From: Daphnia carinata
Taxonomy: Eukaryota
Direction of reading: 5' to 3'
Length of the DNA stretch: 64,000 nucleotides
Assembly (NCBI RefSeq): GCF_022539665.2
Contig: NC_081331.1
Span: forward strand, 11,036,001 to 11,100,000
Shown here piece after piece: positions 1 to 42,800 of this stretch (position 1 is the first letter of the stretch; each line of letters starts with the position of its first letter). Under the pieces are notes generated by a model that was not told the origin of the DNA, ran no database searches, and saw only the letters and a list, made by a program, of their open reading frames with translations. Both the position numbers and the translations under genes were made by a program.

Positions 1-31305
<31,305 letters not shown>

Positions 31306-32653
31306 TTTCGAAATGGGTTATTTTACTACTTCTTAATCAGTTTTAGGAGAGAACTCTCCCGACGATCCTGTAATAAAAACATAAGCTCCCGCCTCTAACA
31401 ATCACAAAAATGAACCGATTCAGAACTTTAAAAAAACGAAAGTAGTAGAGCAAATTGTACACACACACACACATACACACCGACACGGCGAATGACATTA
31501 GCAGTAGAAGTCACGACAGAGAAATCAAGACAAGTTCGGTTATGTAGCGTTCCGTCATCTGCAAGGAGCACCTGGTGGTTATTGATGGAAGCTCGCAAAA
31601 TTGGGAATGAACTGAGCAACTTTAACAGAAATTACATATTTACACCTTTTGATTTAATGAATTTATGTATCGCATAACGTGAACTATTGCTTATATTACC
31701 AGTTTTTTGTTTTTCCATCGATCGAAATGTCTCTTTATTGCGAAGTACTGTAGTTGACCCCTAGAGCACTACACCGCCTTCTCAGGTATCGTATACGCGC
31801 TTCTCTATTTTATTCCACTCCAACTCACAGCTGATTAGCATACAGCGATGCCACGTCGGTTGTGATGACATGTTAAATGTCAATATGAACTGGACAACTG
31901 GTAAAATTCATGAAACAAACGTCAGTTATAGATATTACAATACCTAGTTTCATCTTTTCATACTTTAAAATATGAAATTTAAGAGGGTGGGTCACCGGAC
32001 TATTGCGTGAGTGTTGCAAACTAATCGATTGGTTCAGCTGACAGGCGACGGTTCTCGGTCATTAACTTTTGAAATGTTAATCTTTTCATAGCTCACGGCG
32101 ATCTCTCAATAGTACTTGTTTGGGGTGAAAATTTAGTAAACCGAGATTAAGTGCAAGTATCACCCATGACGATTCTGAAACCGGTTCAGACAAGGCGGGA
32201 GTGAAATCGAGCTAGCGTTACCAGCGAGGCGATAACACACGTTCGGCTGATCTGCAGGGCTTAAAACGCCATTCAAAAACTTTTTATAAAGTCTTCATGA
32301 GAGCATACAAAGCCATACTAATTTTCCAAAGAGAAGGTAGGGAATTCACAGTCGAGAAGATTTTATTTGATTCCAAGCGTGACAAATCTCCAAATTTTTT
32401 TTTATTGTCATTATTTTGCTTACCATTTATTAACATGCGAGGATTGTGGTTGTGGGAGAAGAGTCAGCTAAGTAAAACGGTCACACGTTTAACCACAAAT
32501 ACCAACAGCACGTTGTCGGCATTGTAATTACAGGTTTATTAAACAATAATTGAGTTTGTTCGTTTCCTTTTGTCCCATTTACAAACCGGATTTTCTCAGA
32601 CTTTGTGTGCGCGTGTTTGCCCTGCAAAACGATAATCGATCGGCTTCAGTAAG

Positions 32654-32671
32654 TGGCCGTTAGATGGCAGC
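32654..32671 (+). promoter_or_regulatory. CTCF-like motif between the divergent neurobeachin and receptor genes
   Basis: TGGCCGTTAGATGGCAGC resembles the consensus TGGCCASYAGRKGGCRS. Confidence 0.4.
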
Positions 32672-33699
32672 CGAAGACAAGCTCTTGGACAGTCATTCGA
32701 TCGTATTACCTAATGAATAATTCACGTAGTTTTAGTTGCCTGCACGAACTAGACGAGTGATCCATCATGCGCACTCATTTTTGCCAGCCCTTGCTCTAAA
32801 GGAATCACCCATGACAGATCGCCCAGATCAATAAATTCTATCGCTTTTAAGGTCACAGCCGGCGGCCATGTCTTTCTTGTAGCTCGACATTGACTTTGAC
32901 AAGATACCGACCTATTGGATATTTCATTGCCTCAGCTATTTCTGAAGAAGGCGCGAGGCAAACAACCACTTGTTCGATAATGAGCCCGTGTGAATGCCTA
33001 GTGACGTACACAGCCGGATCAAATGATTATCTCGGCGCACGAATTACGCAAGGGCCTGTTCAATTGTGCATTCTCTCATTTCTGGAATGCGAGCCTGTTT
33101 GCTTCTTTGTTTTATTTTTCTTTTAATTCCTTCAATTTTTTTTTGTCCCCCTTTAAGTTAAACACGATAAAGTATTTAGCCTTCAGAGGAATTCTCGTTT
33201 GATACCCCGAGCTTAGCAGCATCTGTGTTTACTTCAATGCACTGTCTATCTTTCTTTTTTTTATACATTGACAATACGGGAGCGCAACGCACGATAACCT
33301 AAATAAAAAAAAAAACAGAAAAGTACTCGGGAAAAATCCTAGATGGCGTTATGTGTAGCAACTAACAAAATGTACTAGGAGAAAAATGATTGAGTGTCTG
33401 TGCAGATATTGAACGGTAAAAAAATCTGGCGTTCCTTTTTTTGTAGAGTTCTTTCATTTTTCACCTGCAGACAGGTAAACTAACAGTTGTGGTGATTGCT
33501 CGTTCCTCCTTCCTTAAAAGACGTGTGTTTTTTTTCAAGACGGCATGCCGTCACAGTAAAACTTTTACGTTAAACGACACGATGATATCAATCAACACCA
33601 TCGTCATAGAAAAAAATAAAAGGAAAATATAAAGGGAAAAAAAGGGAACGTAGGCAGCGCCGTAACGATCGTGTTGAACAACATCTCCAGGTTTCGACT

Positions 33700-34494
33700 A
33701 CGTCACAAAGTACCCGCCCCTCTCCCACCTCCTGGCCTTTGCACGAAAAATGAACGCGCCACGACCGCCGTGCTGATTGGGTCCTGCGCGTTTAAGTGCC
33801 ATGACATAGCGTCTGCGCGTCCCTGGTCTCGCTTCGTGATTTTCCCTTCCTTCTTTTTCTTTTCTCTTTTTCTATTTTTTTCTTTTCATTTTTCTTTTTT
33901 TTTTTTTTTTTTTCCTTATTTTGTCTCTTTTGCTGACGGTAAGAACTGCGAGCCGAGGCTGACAGTCTCCCAATGTTGCACCGTCTCTCTCTACGGTCGC
34001 CCTCAGCTGGTCGTCCTTTTCAAACAGAGAACTTCGACCGGATCCCACCAGTGTGGCTTTGAGCGTGGCCAAGTGCCCAAGTCAAGGAGAGAGTCTCCAC
34101 CAGTTTATTGTTTTTCTTTTTTTTCTCGGCAGTAAGCAGCAGGGTTTCATTTTTTTTCCCCATTTTACGACCTGTTTCCTTTTTTTTTTTTTTTAACGCG
34201 GCCAACTAAGCCTTCCATCAGTTTCTCGGTAACTTTCGACTAAATCAGTCGCTTTGGATCATCATTTTTCTGTTGTCCGTCACGCCACAGTTTTATTTTT
34301 GGGATCTCAGTGTGACGGGTGTGTGTGTGTTTTTTTGCGTCCCACAACAAGTTGCTAGTGTTGCCTCACCCCCACGTGATTAACAATGGAATATTTGGTG
34401 CCAATGAGACAGTGATCATTTGACTTAAACTATAAACGCAACGAGATAGCATTAGTGCATCACCTTGAGTTTTTTTCTCGACTCACAACTAAAG
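33700..34494 (+). promoter_or_regulatory. Probable promoter and non-coding 5' exon(s) of receptor paralog 1
   Basis: GC-box-like CCCGCCCC (about 33713), TGATTGG (33774) and a consensus donor AAG|GTAAGT at 34495. A matching acceptor TTTTCCAG ends at 37485, just upstream of the ATG. Confidence 0.4.
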
Positions 34495-37400
34495 GTAAGT
34501 GAATTTTGGCTCGAGGACAGAAAGAAAAACAAGTTTAATACGTGCAGTTGGCAATGGAAAAGTTGTACGAATTTATTTATTACGCAGCCGAAAACAAGTG
34601 TGTCCAATTCTATCAGACGGCTGCACGCACAGTGAGTTTACAAAGCGGGAAACCCGCAGCCGAAATAGGAGAGAATTCTGAGCTCTCCATTTTCATTTGA
34701 GATTTGTTTACAATCAAAGACGAGCGTTGAGGAGAGAGAGAGAAGGTAGTCATCCTTGCGGAACAGAGAGCATGCACATACAATGTCTGTCTCCTCTTTC
34801 TCATTCCCGACGCGATTTTTTCTTGAGCATTGTATCTTATATTCTTTTTCGTCTAAAATATCAATGTCCGTACACGGCATCGATCCGGTTTGAAAAGAAG
34901 AAATATACATCGTTTAGTTTCGTTTTTTTTTTCAAGGCACCTGTGTGCGTTCACTCACGAATAACGAAGTACGATAGAAAAAAAAAGAAATAACACAGGA
35001 CAGTCATTTTTCCGTTCATGCGTAGATTCACACTTGTTTCTTTCATTAAATATACGTCCCTCCCGAAGAGCTCGGTATAAAAATGGTGTATATAATATGT
35101 ACGTGCGCTAGTTGGATTCCGAATCGGATACCGGCGCGCCATGACGTCAGTGTTGTTACCATCTGCTCGTTTGTATATATACATAATGTTTCCGCCGCTC
35201 ATGGCTTGTGCCCTCTTACGCTCGGACATGGAGAAGTACAAGGGTCACCGAAACATAAGGAGCCTCCTGGCCGTAAGGCTAAATTCGGTTGTGTAAACCG
35301 TTGCAGTTTTAGACAAGAATTTTCCAAAACAAAAAAAAAAAAGGGGAAGTGTAAATAAAGATTTTTTTTGTTTTAATGATATGTTTCGACACCTTTCACT
35401 ATACTGCATCTGTATGTGGATAGAGAGTAAAGAAAGATATATCCTGCTTGTGTTGAAACAAGATTTGTTATCCGACTAAAAAAAAATGGGATATACACGA
35501 AATCTTTTTGGCACATTATGGACAACTAATGTGTCAACTTGTTTGGTTTCGCTGCACCTCAACGTGACATTTAAATTTTAAGCGCCTCAGGTCTCGCCAA
35601 CCAAAATTATATACATTGGCTGGATGATGAATCATATTTAACAAGCGTGTTGACTATAGGTCGGGACAGGTAAACAAAATGAAGCGTCCGTATTAACCTA
35701 AAAGGGTCCTTTTTTTTAGGCCAACCGGTTTTGTTTCTATTTTTGTATCGAAAAAAACGCTACGAGGAGAAATGCATCCAAATTTGTCTTTGTTTTTTTA
35801 AATTATTATTTTAATTGATGCCTGCAGGCATAGGAGCGGTACGTAGAGGTTTAAGTTGCCCAAGTCCCGATTTTCTCTTTCAACGTGACCGTTTGTATAT
35901 GCATAGCCCCACGTTTCCAGTAAGAACTAAAAACAGCTGACTGCCACGCGTTTTTGCGTTTGATACATTCCAGTACAAAAACAAAATCGGCAAATCGTGA
36001 ACTGAATCTCAAAATATCCCGCGGGAGTCGAAAACGTAAAAAATCCAATAAAAACAGAAATAAGTCTTACAAAAAAAAGCGAAAATAAAATAGGCATCTA
36101 CATTCTGTATGAAACAAATCAATACGTGTATAGAGCTTCGATTGAAGTACGCGCCAACACGCAGATCCCTTGGGCAAAGTTTGAATTCATCAAAGACTAT
36201 ATAGCTTGAAAGTCTTCCGTTCAATCCGTAAATACTGGCTAATAATCTCTTCCTTTGTGACAAGGACGGAAATCAAGAAAAAAGTGATGTCAGTTGAATG
36301 TCTTTCCATCCTATCGTGAATTCTGAGCTCTTTAGCAACGTATCGATACAAACTACGTTGGCGCAGCGTAACTCTATTGAAATACATTCGTAGGACCGAG
36401 AAAAAAAGAGAACGAAATCAGTGGGCAGCAGACAAACAGAGGCGAACGCAAAGTCTATAGGACCCGATCGATATCAAGATGATCGTTTGCCTCTTTCTAT
36501 TTTTACGTCTTCCCAAGCGTCTTATCTTATCAATCGATATTCTAATATGCACAATGCAGACCTTTTCTGTGGCTTCCATAAGTTTTCGAAAAGTCACGCG
36601 GAATTGTAAAGGTCGCTGTACAACATTAGACGCAAGGAAGAAAAAAAAATGGACGCGCGTGCAGGATTACATTGTCGTGACAGCACGAATTGATCACGTG
36701 CCTTGTCTTTCTCACATATTTCGTTAAAATTCTTTTTTTCTGTTCTCTTTTCTTTTTACCTTTTCTCTTTACGCGACGTGTATATGGATTCGTTAAGGCA
36801 AAGTTTCCGGTAGTACGTCTTTAGTAAAGACAGTGAGGAATAATCATCACTTGACAAGGAAGAGCACTATATCCTTGCTCGCCTCATTAGGAATGAGAAA
36901 TGGACCGCGAAAGGAGGGGGGAAGAGCATCACGCGTTTTTCATAATGATATGCCTTGCTGTCGGAATCATTTTTAAGGGAGGAGTGTGTGTTTTTCACCG
37001 GTGTCTCTTATGTGTATCTAAGGCGGAGAAAACGAAAAAATATTCTTGCTGCTCTCCAATTATTAAAAGACAGTCAGGCACTCGTCATGTCTATGAATTT
37101 CCAAGGAGCAGAAAAAGGGAGGACAGGTCGATTTGAAAAAATTACGCAACGCTGGGAAATCACGAACTGCCGTTTGTTTGCTTCCATTTTTTTTTTCTAA
37201 AATCTATTTTCGGAGCACGGTTCAATAAAGATATGGAGTTGAAGAAAGAACGAGAAACAAACTGCGCATAATAAAAATAAAAAAAGGTGGCAAGATAATT
37301 TTCATGTCGTGACCGAAATAGCTTTTGATTACACAAGTAACAATGAGGATATGAAGTAATAACTCGATATAGAACAGCTAGTAGCAGGTTGCACAGATTA

Positions 37401-37523
37401 GTTGCGAGGTGCTTGTTGCTTTTTTAAAAAATGACCGTTGAACTTGTACATTAATAATCTTGTTTCTATTTCGTACATTTTCCAGTAGAGTCTTTGACAC
37501 TGGCCGTGACGGTAGGCAACATC

Positions 37524-39815
37524 ATGGATCCATTGAACAGCATCGGCATGAGCGGCATCGATCCGTCTTCCCAGCTACCTACCTATCAGAATTACAGCGT
37601 CACTTCTAACCTACTCCTACACGGTGGCGTTCATCCAGCGGTCAAATTAGAGAATGGCCCTTCAACTGTTCCAGTTCATCCGGTCATACCCCCAAGTGGA
37701 AGAGGCGGCGTGGTCAAGTACTGCGGTGTGTGTGGCGACATCGCCAAGAGTTATCATTTCGGCGGACTGTCATGCGACTCGTGCAAGGCTTTCTTCCGTC
37801 GTTCCATCCAGAACGATAACTACGTACATTTCCAATGCTGGCACCGTGGTCAGTGTGTCATCTCTCTATCCAATCGTAAGAGCTGTCAGTATTGCCGGAT
37901 GAAGAGATGCTTCGCAATCGGGATGGAAAAGAGTTGGGTCATGACCGAAGAAGAACGCAAAGCTTTAATGAAAGCTCGAGCTGAGAAGAAACTCAGCAAA
38001 CAATTAGCGGCTTCAGCAACGTCGACGACGACCGGTGGCAAATCGATCTACAACTATTCCTCGGATGATGGCGGTTCAACGACGAGTGGCAGCGACTACG
38101 AGCCGCAGATCGAACGGATGATAGATTTCCTGGCTCCGGTTGAAATCAAGGAAATCGAATCGATCGTCACGAAATACATGCACGCCTACCAACACGTTCC
38201 TTATCGCACCGAGCTGCGCTTCTTCGACAACGACCGGCCCGGAGTTCAAGTCATGGAGGTAATGAATTCTACAACATCATTTGGTCTGATTCATGGTTTT
38301 AAAATATTGGTGGAAAAAAATTAGATGTTTGGGACTCTGATACGTCGGTTCGCCTTCTATGCCCGTCTGATGGCCGATTTTTCCAGCTTACCATTCCCAG
38401 ATCAGAGCTGCCTTTTGAAGGGTGGCGTCTTGGAGATGTGCGTGCTGAGAGGCGCTCTAGTCTACGACCCATTGAAGAATCGCTGGCCCAACGCCAACAT
38501 GTCCATGTACAAAGACGCGCCAGTCCTCAAGCTGGACAACATCGGTCACATGACGTCCAACCGCATCTTCCAGATGCACATGGAATTCATCAACTGCATC
38601 CAACAGATGGGCGTCGACGAGCCGACCATCATGTTACTTATCTTGATTGTTTTGTTCACGCCCGAAAGGGCCGGCCTCATCCGGACCAAATGGATCGAGA
38701 AATACCAGGCCTACTACACGTCGCTACTGGAACGTTACATGAGCTGGCGCTTCGGCACCCATCGATCGAAATTCATGTTCGGTAAACTGTTAACGAAACT
38801 GAGCGATCTGCGAGAATTGAGCGACACACATAACCGTCACAATCTACAGTTAGGTAAGAACCGCGTTCAATCGTTACCCTGTTATGTAATATATGCAATT
38901 GAAAAAAAAAACGTGAACGAACAATTTCTTTTAGGAAATGATGAGATTTCGTCCATACAACATCAGCTGCAGCATTTGAAGATCAACCCTTATCCCGAAT
39001 GTAAAGTGATACCGGAAGATGTGGGTGTACCTGTCATGGCAGCTGCCGATCCTTCCATCCCTGTTCAGTCTAGTTTCCCAGTAACCGACGCCGCTCAATC
39101 CTATTATGCTCCGACGTCCGACGGTGCACTTCCTAGAACGTACACTAGCGGCTGCAGTACAGAACGGGATGCCTCTGGAAGCAGTTACCTACCTCATCAT
39201 CAGTTCCCACCGGTTCAACCTCAGCAACATCATTACCCACCACCGTATCCTAGTGGCGCTGCCCAATCGAACGAACCGTACATTAATCGACAGTCATCGA
39301 GTTTATCGTCCTCATCTTATCCTTCCTCATCTTGTTGCTTAGAAGGTAACACTGGCACACCGGCAGGCCAACAAGACCCTTATCGAGCTTACCAACAACA
39401 CCAACCACAACAACCACAACAACAACCGCCTCAAATGGCCAATATGGCATTACAGTTTATGCAAGCCATTCAACAATCAGTTAATCAGGTAGTGAATGTT
39501 CCCGATTTCGGTTTCGATTGGGTCAAACCCGATTACCAGTTCGACCCGATGGTCGATGATGAAATATTAGACGTGCTCGATGCCAAGGCGTCGACGCATC
39601 AGAACTATTGCATTTCATCTGTCGAAGATCCGTCTTCGCCTGATTCGAAATCGAGTAGCAGCAGTTGCGGGAGTAGCTACAGCGAATTAAATCGAGCCGA
39701 TGTTGTGGCCCTGGTGGACGAACAAGCATCAGCTGATGTGACTCTAACCCAGCGGACCATGGAAGAATTGTACGAAGCGCTGGAAGAATATTCAGAACTT
39801 TATGACGGCCATTGA
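37524..39815 (+). CDS. HR97: NR1-type nuclear hormone receptor, HR97-like (HR96-related) paralog 1, about 714 aa; coding exons 37524-38258, 38325-38853, 38935-39815
   Basis: C4 zinc fingers CGVCGDIAKSYHFGGLSCDSCKAFFRRS...CQYCRMKRCFAIGM and LBD signature FARxxxxFxxLxxxDQxxLL (FYARLMADFSSLPFPDQSCLLKGG). The nuclear receptor call is certain. The HR97 label rests on my recollection of the Daphnia HR97 group and needs a phylogeny. Confidence 0.85.
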
Positions 39816-42800
39816 TGCCCACCCCCACCCTTTTATTTATTTTTTATTATTATCCTTTTTTTATAACAAAGAAAAAAGATTTAAAAAAAAAAGAAGAAAC
39901 AGTAGCTCATTATGGTTATTATTTCTGGTTATGTTTTTGTGTTTTTTCTTACGAAACCTTATGACCAGTGTATATTGTATTTTCCCTGCAGTTCAAAACG
40001 AGGTTCAGTAGCTATGTAAGCATTTATCTTTTTTGAAAAAGAAATTTTTAACTGGACCACCGAGTTGTTGCCCAAACATTTATCACTACCCTTTATGCTG
40101 TAATCACCTCACGTACCTGCTCCTTCCACTTTAATTGTAACCTTCACTGAAATGCAGGATAGCTGCAAAGTGCGATGCATCTGATACGTCAAGGGACTCG
40201 AACGAAATGAAGAACAATGTTTCGATGGGATCACATTTATAATTGTCTTAAATGATTTCTTTAGGGCGATGAACGTAATAGAGTAAACACAATCGTTTCC
40301 CTATTTAATATTATGATTAGTTGTTGTTACATTTGAAAAAAATGTTATCACTATCAATACAATCAGTTGGGGATGGATTGTTGTCGGCATGTTTTCTAAA
40401 AATTCCGTTTAATGGTAAACGACATTACACCGTTAAACAGTTGAGCTAAGAGAACGGTATACGTATGATGTTATACCATCCTTTGTAAACCCAGAATATT
40501 ATGCGTTTTTTGTTGTTATTAGATAATACAACGTTGTCCCAAATGACGAAGTTAACCACACACTATCTGAGTACTACTTAGACTTTGTTCGTGTCTAAAG
40601 TTTCAACAACAAAAAAGAACGTGAGATAAAAAAAGAAATAAATACACGAAATGATGTTTAGAACGTTCCGTCATCTCTGACGTTCAACCATTAGGGAAAC
40701 ATTTTGAAAAAAGAGTGAGGAGGAGGAAAAATCAATCCACGTATCAATACAGAGGATACATGAGACGTGTGCAATCAAACTGCCATGCGAAGTGCAATTT
40801 TTGATGACCTCTCTTCAACAGAACAGCGAGCTATGCATTTTGATGTTGTTTCTCGTTTGATACATTCTACTTGGCTCATCTGTTTAGCCGATATGACACA
40901 ATCATGGACATCAAGTAAGTTTCAAGTGAGTTCGAATGATAAGACAACTGAAAGCAAACAGGGCTGACGCCAACATGTGTTCTTCGACCTACGACCCTTA
41001 AGCATACGCCATTTTGCAGCCGTTTCATTCAGATGCATCCTTATAAACGCGTGAACTCCAGATGTCGTGCAACCTAATCAATGATATTCGTTAAAGGTCA
41101 GTCAAAACAAACGCAAAAAGAAAACGCGCCGAGTCCTTATTCTAAGTCGATTACACAAATGTTGAGCCCTGCCCGGGATTCTATTCTTTATGCAGTCTAC
41201 ATAGTACTTTTTGGGGAAGGTATTAATCGTAACTTGATTAGCGTATAGTCCATAATACAGCTCACGAATTCGTTGTAGACGAACCGGAATAGTCGTACAG
41301 GAAAAAAAAGTATGCAGAGAGCAACTTATTCTTCATTAATATTAGAATTTATACAACAATTAGCCAGCATTCTCATCATCGCCAATGATGAAAGGATATA
41401 TTAGAAACGAACGATATACCAGGCACGGTGACATGTTATGGAAAGGCCATTTAAAAAAAAGAAATTCTAATAACTGTGGATGATGAACAACTTTATGTGC
41501 CGACTGCAGCCAAAGTGTATCCATTTTAAGTCGGTGTGATGAGCCGGAGTAGTCAGACGGTCCGACCATTTTATTCTTTGAAATTTCGATTTCATGATGT
41601 GTAATACTTGAACGATATTTTCACGTTTTGATGAATAGTTAAACGCTCAATTCAGGTAACGTGACGTAATAATATTACGTAGATATAGATCCGCCCGATT
41701 AAACACCAATCGGCTGGACAGAAAACTCCACTTGTACACAATACCCTCAGAGTAATTTCGAAAACGTATTTCTATAGTCGGCCATATGGTGTATGTATTT
41801 AGTTCTATTTCCGAGCCACTACACACTTACGGATAAAAAAACAAGCCTTAATTTTTCAAGGTCTCAAAAATTCACTTCGTTTTTTTTTGTCTCCTTCCCA
41901 TAAAGAACAGCATGAGGCTGTCCGAGAATTGTCTGTTTTTTTTTTTTCACAAATTTCCTCTTTTTCCACCCTTTTTTTCTTTCCTTAAAGAGTTAAGACC
42001 CAATAAAAACGACGGCCTCAAGGTGTTCATGTTTCCCACCTGACATATTTTCAAACTACCGTATCTGTACATGACAAAAAAATCGGAACGTACTCGACAA
42101 CCCCTTTAAAATGCTTGGTACCATTAGGTGTATTTTTTATATAACTATTAACTCTGTGCTGTGATCGGTTTCTAAAGGTATGGCCATCAGGTGGTCACTT
42201 TACAATCCGACTCGAACCTTGTTTTAAAACTCTGCGATGAGTCGAAGGGGTGGTGGGATTGTGGCAGTGAATGTGTTCCTTTGTTTAAAAGGTTGAAGAG
42301 GAAAATTACGCTTTTCCCGAGGAAAGTAATAGTTTTCTGTTTTCTCATTACGATGTTTTATCGATTGATTAATAAGGGAAACGACGCGTATATCCGAAGA
42401 TGTCACTCTTTGTTCCGTTTCGACCAACAGTCTTTTTCTTTTATATCACACTGCAATCGCAGATGGATTTTTGCATTTTGCGCTTGTTTCAAATGTATAA
42501 GTCCAGGAAACGTCGATCACGTTTTACCTATCCACATACGGCAGCAAAGGATTTCAACGAAAGAAATTGTGAAAAATAAAAAATGTCTGGCGATATTAGT
42601 GAAACGCAGTGCTGACATCTAATTGGAATATTGATTTGTTCCCGGGTGGGTGGAGAAAAAGGTGGGCTGGATATATTTCATGCGCGTGCATACGTCGCTC
42701 AACAATTTTCTAGTCGCTTAAAAAAATGTCTTCTGATTTCGGTAGGTCTACAGTTAAATTCAAAGACATAGTTCTAGAATGCACAGTGGTTATGTATCAT

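Noticed and set aside
38325..39815. 496-aa ORF as a stand-alone gene
   Set aside because: It is exons 2-3 of receptor paralog 1 read through an in-frame 81-nt intron. Paralog 2 confirms the splice structure.
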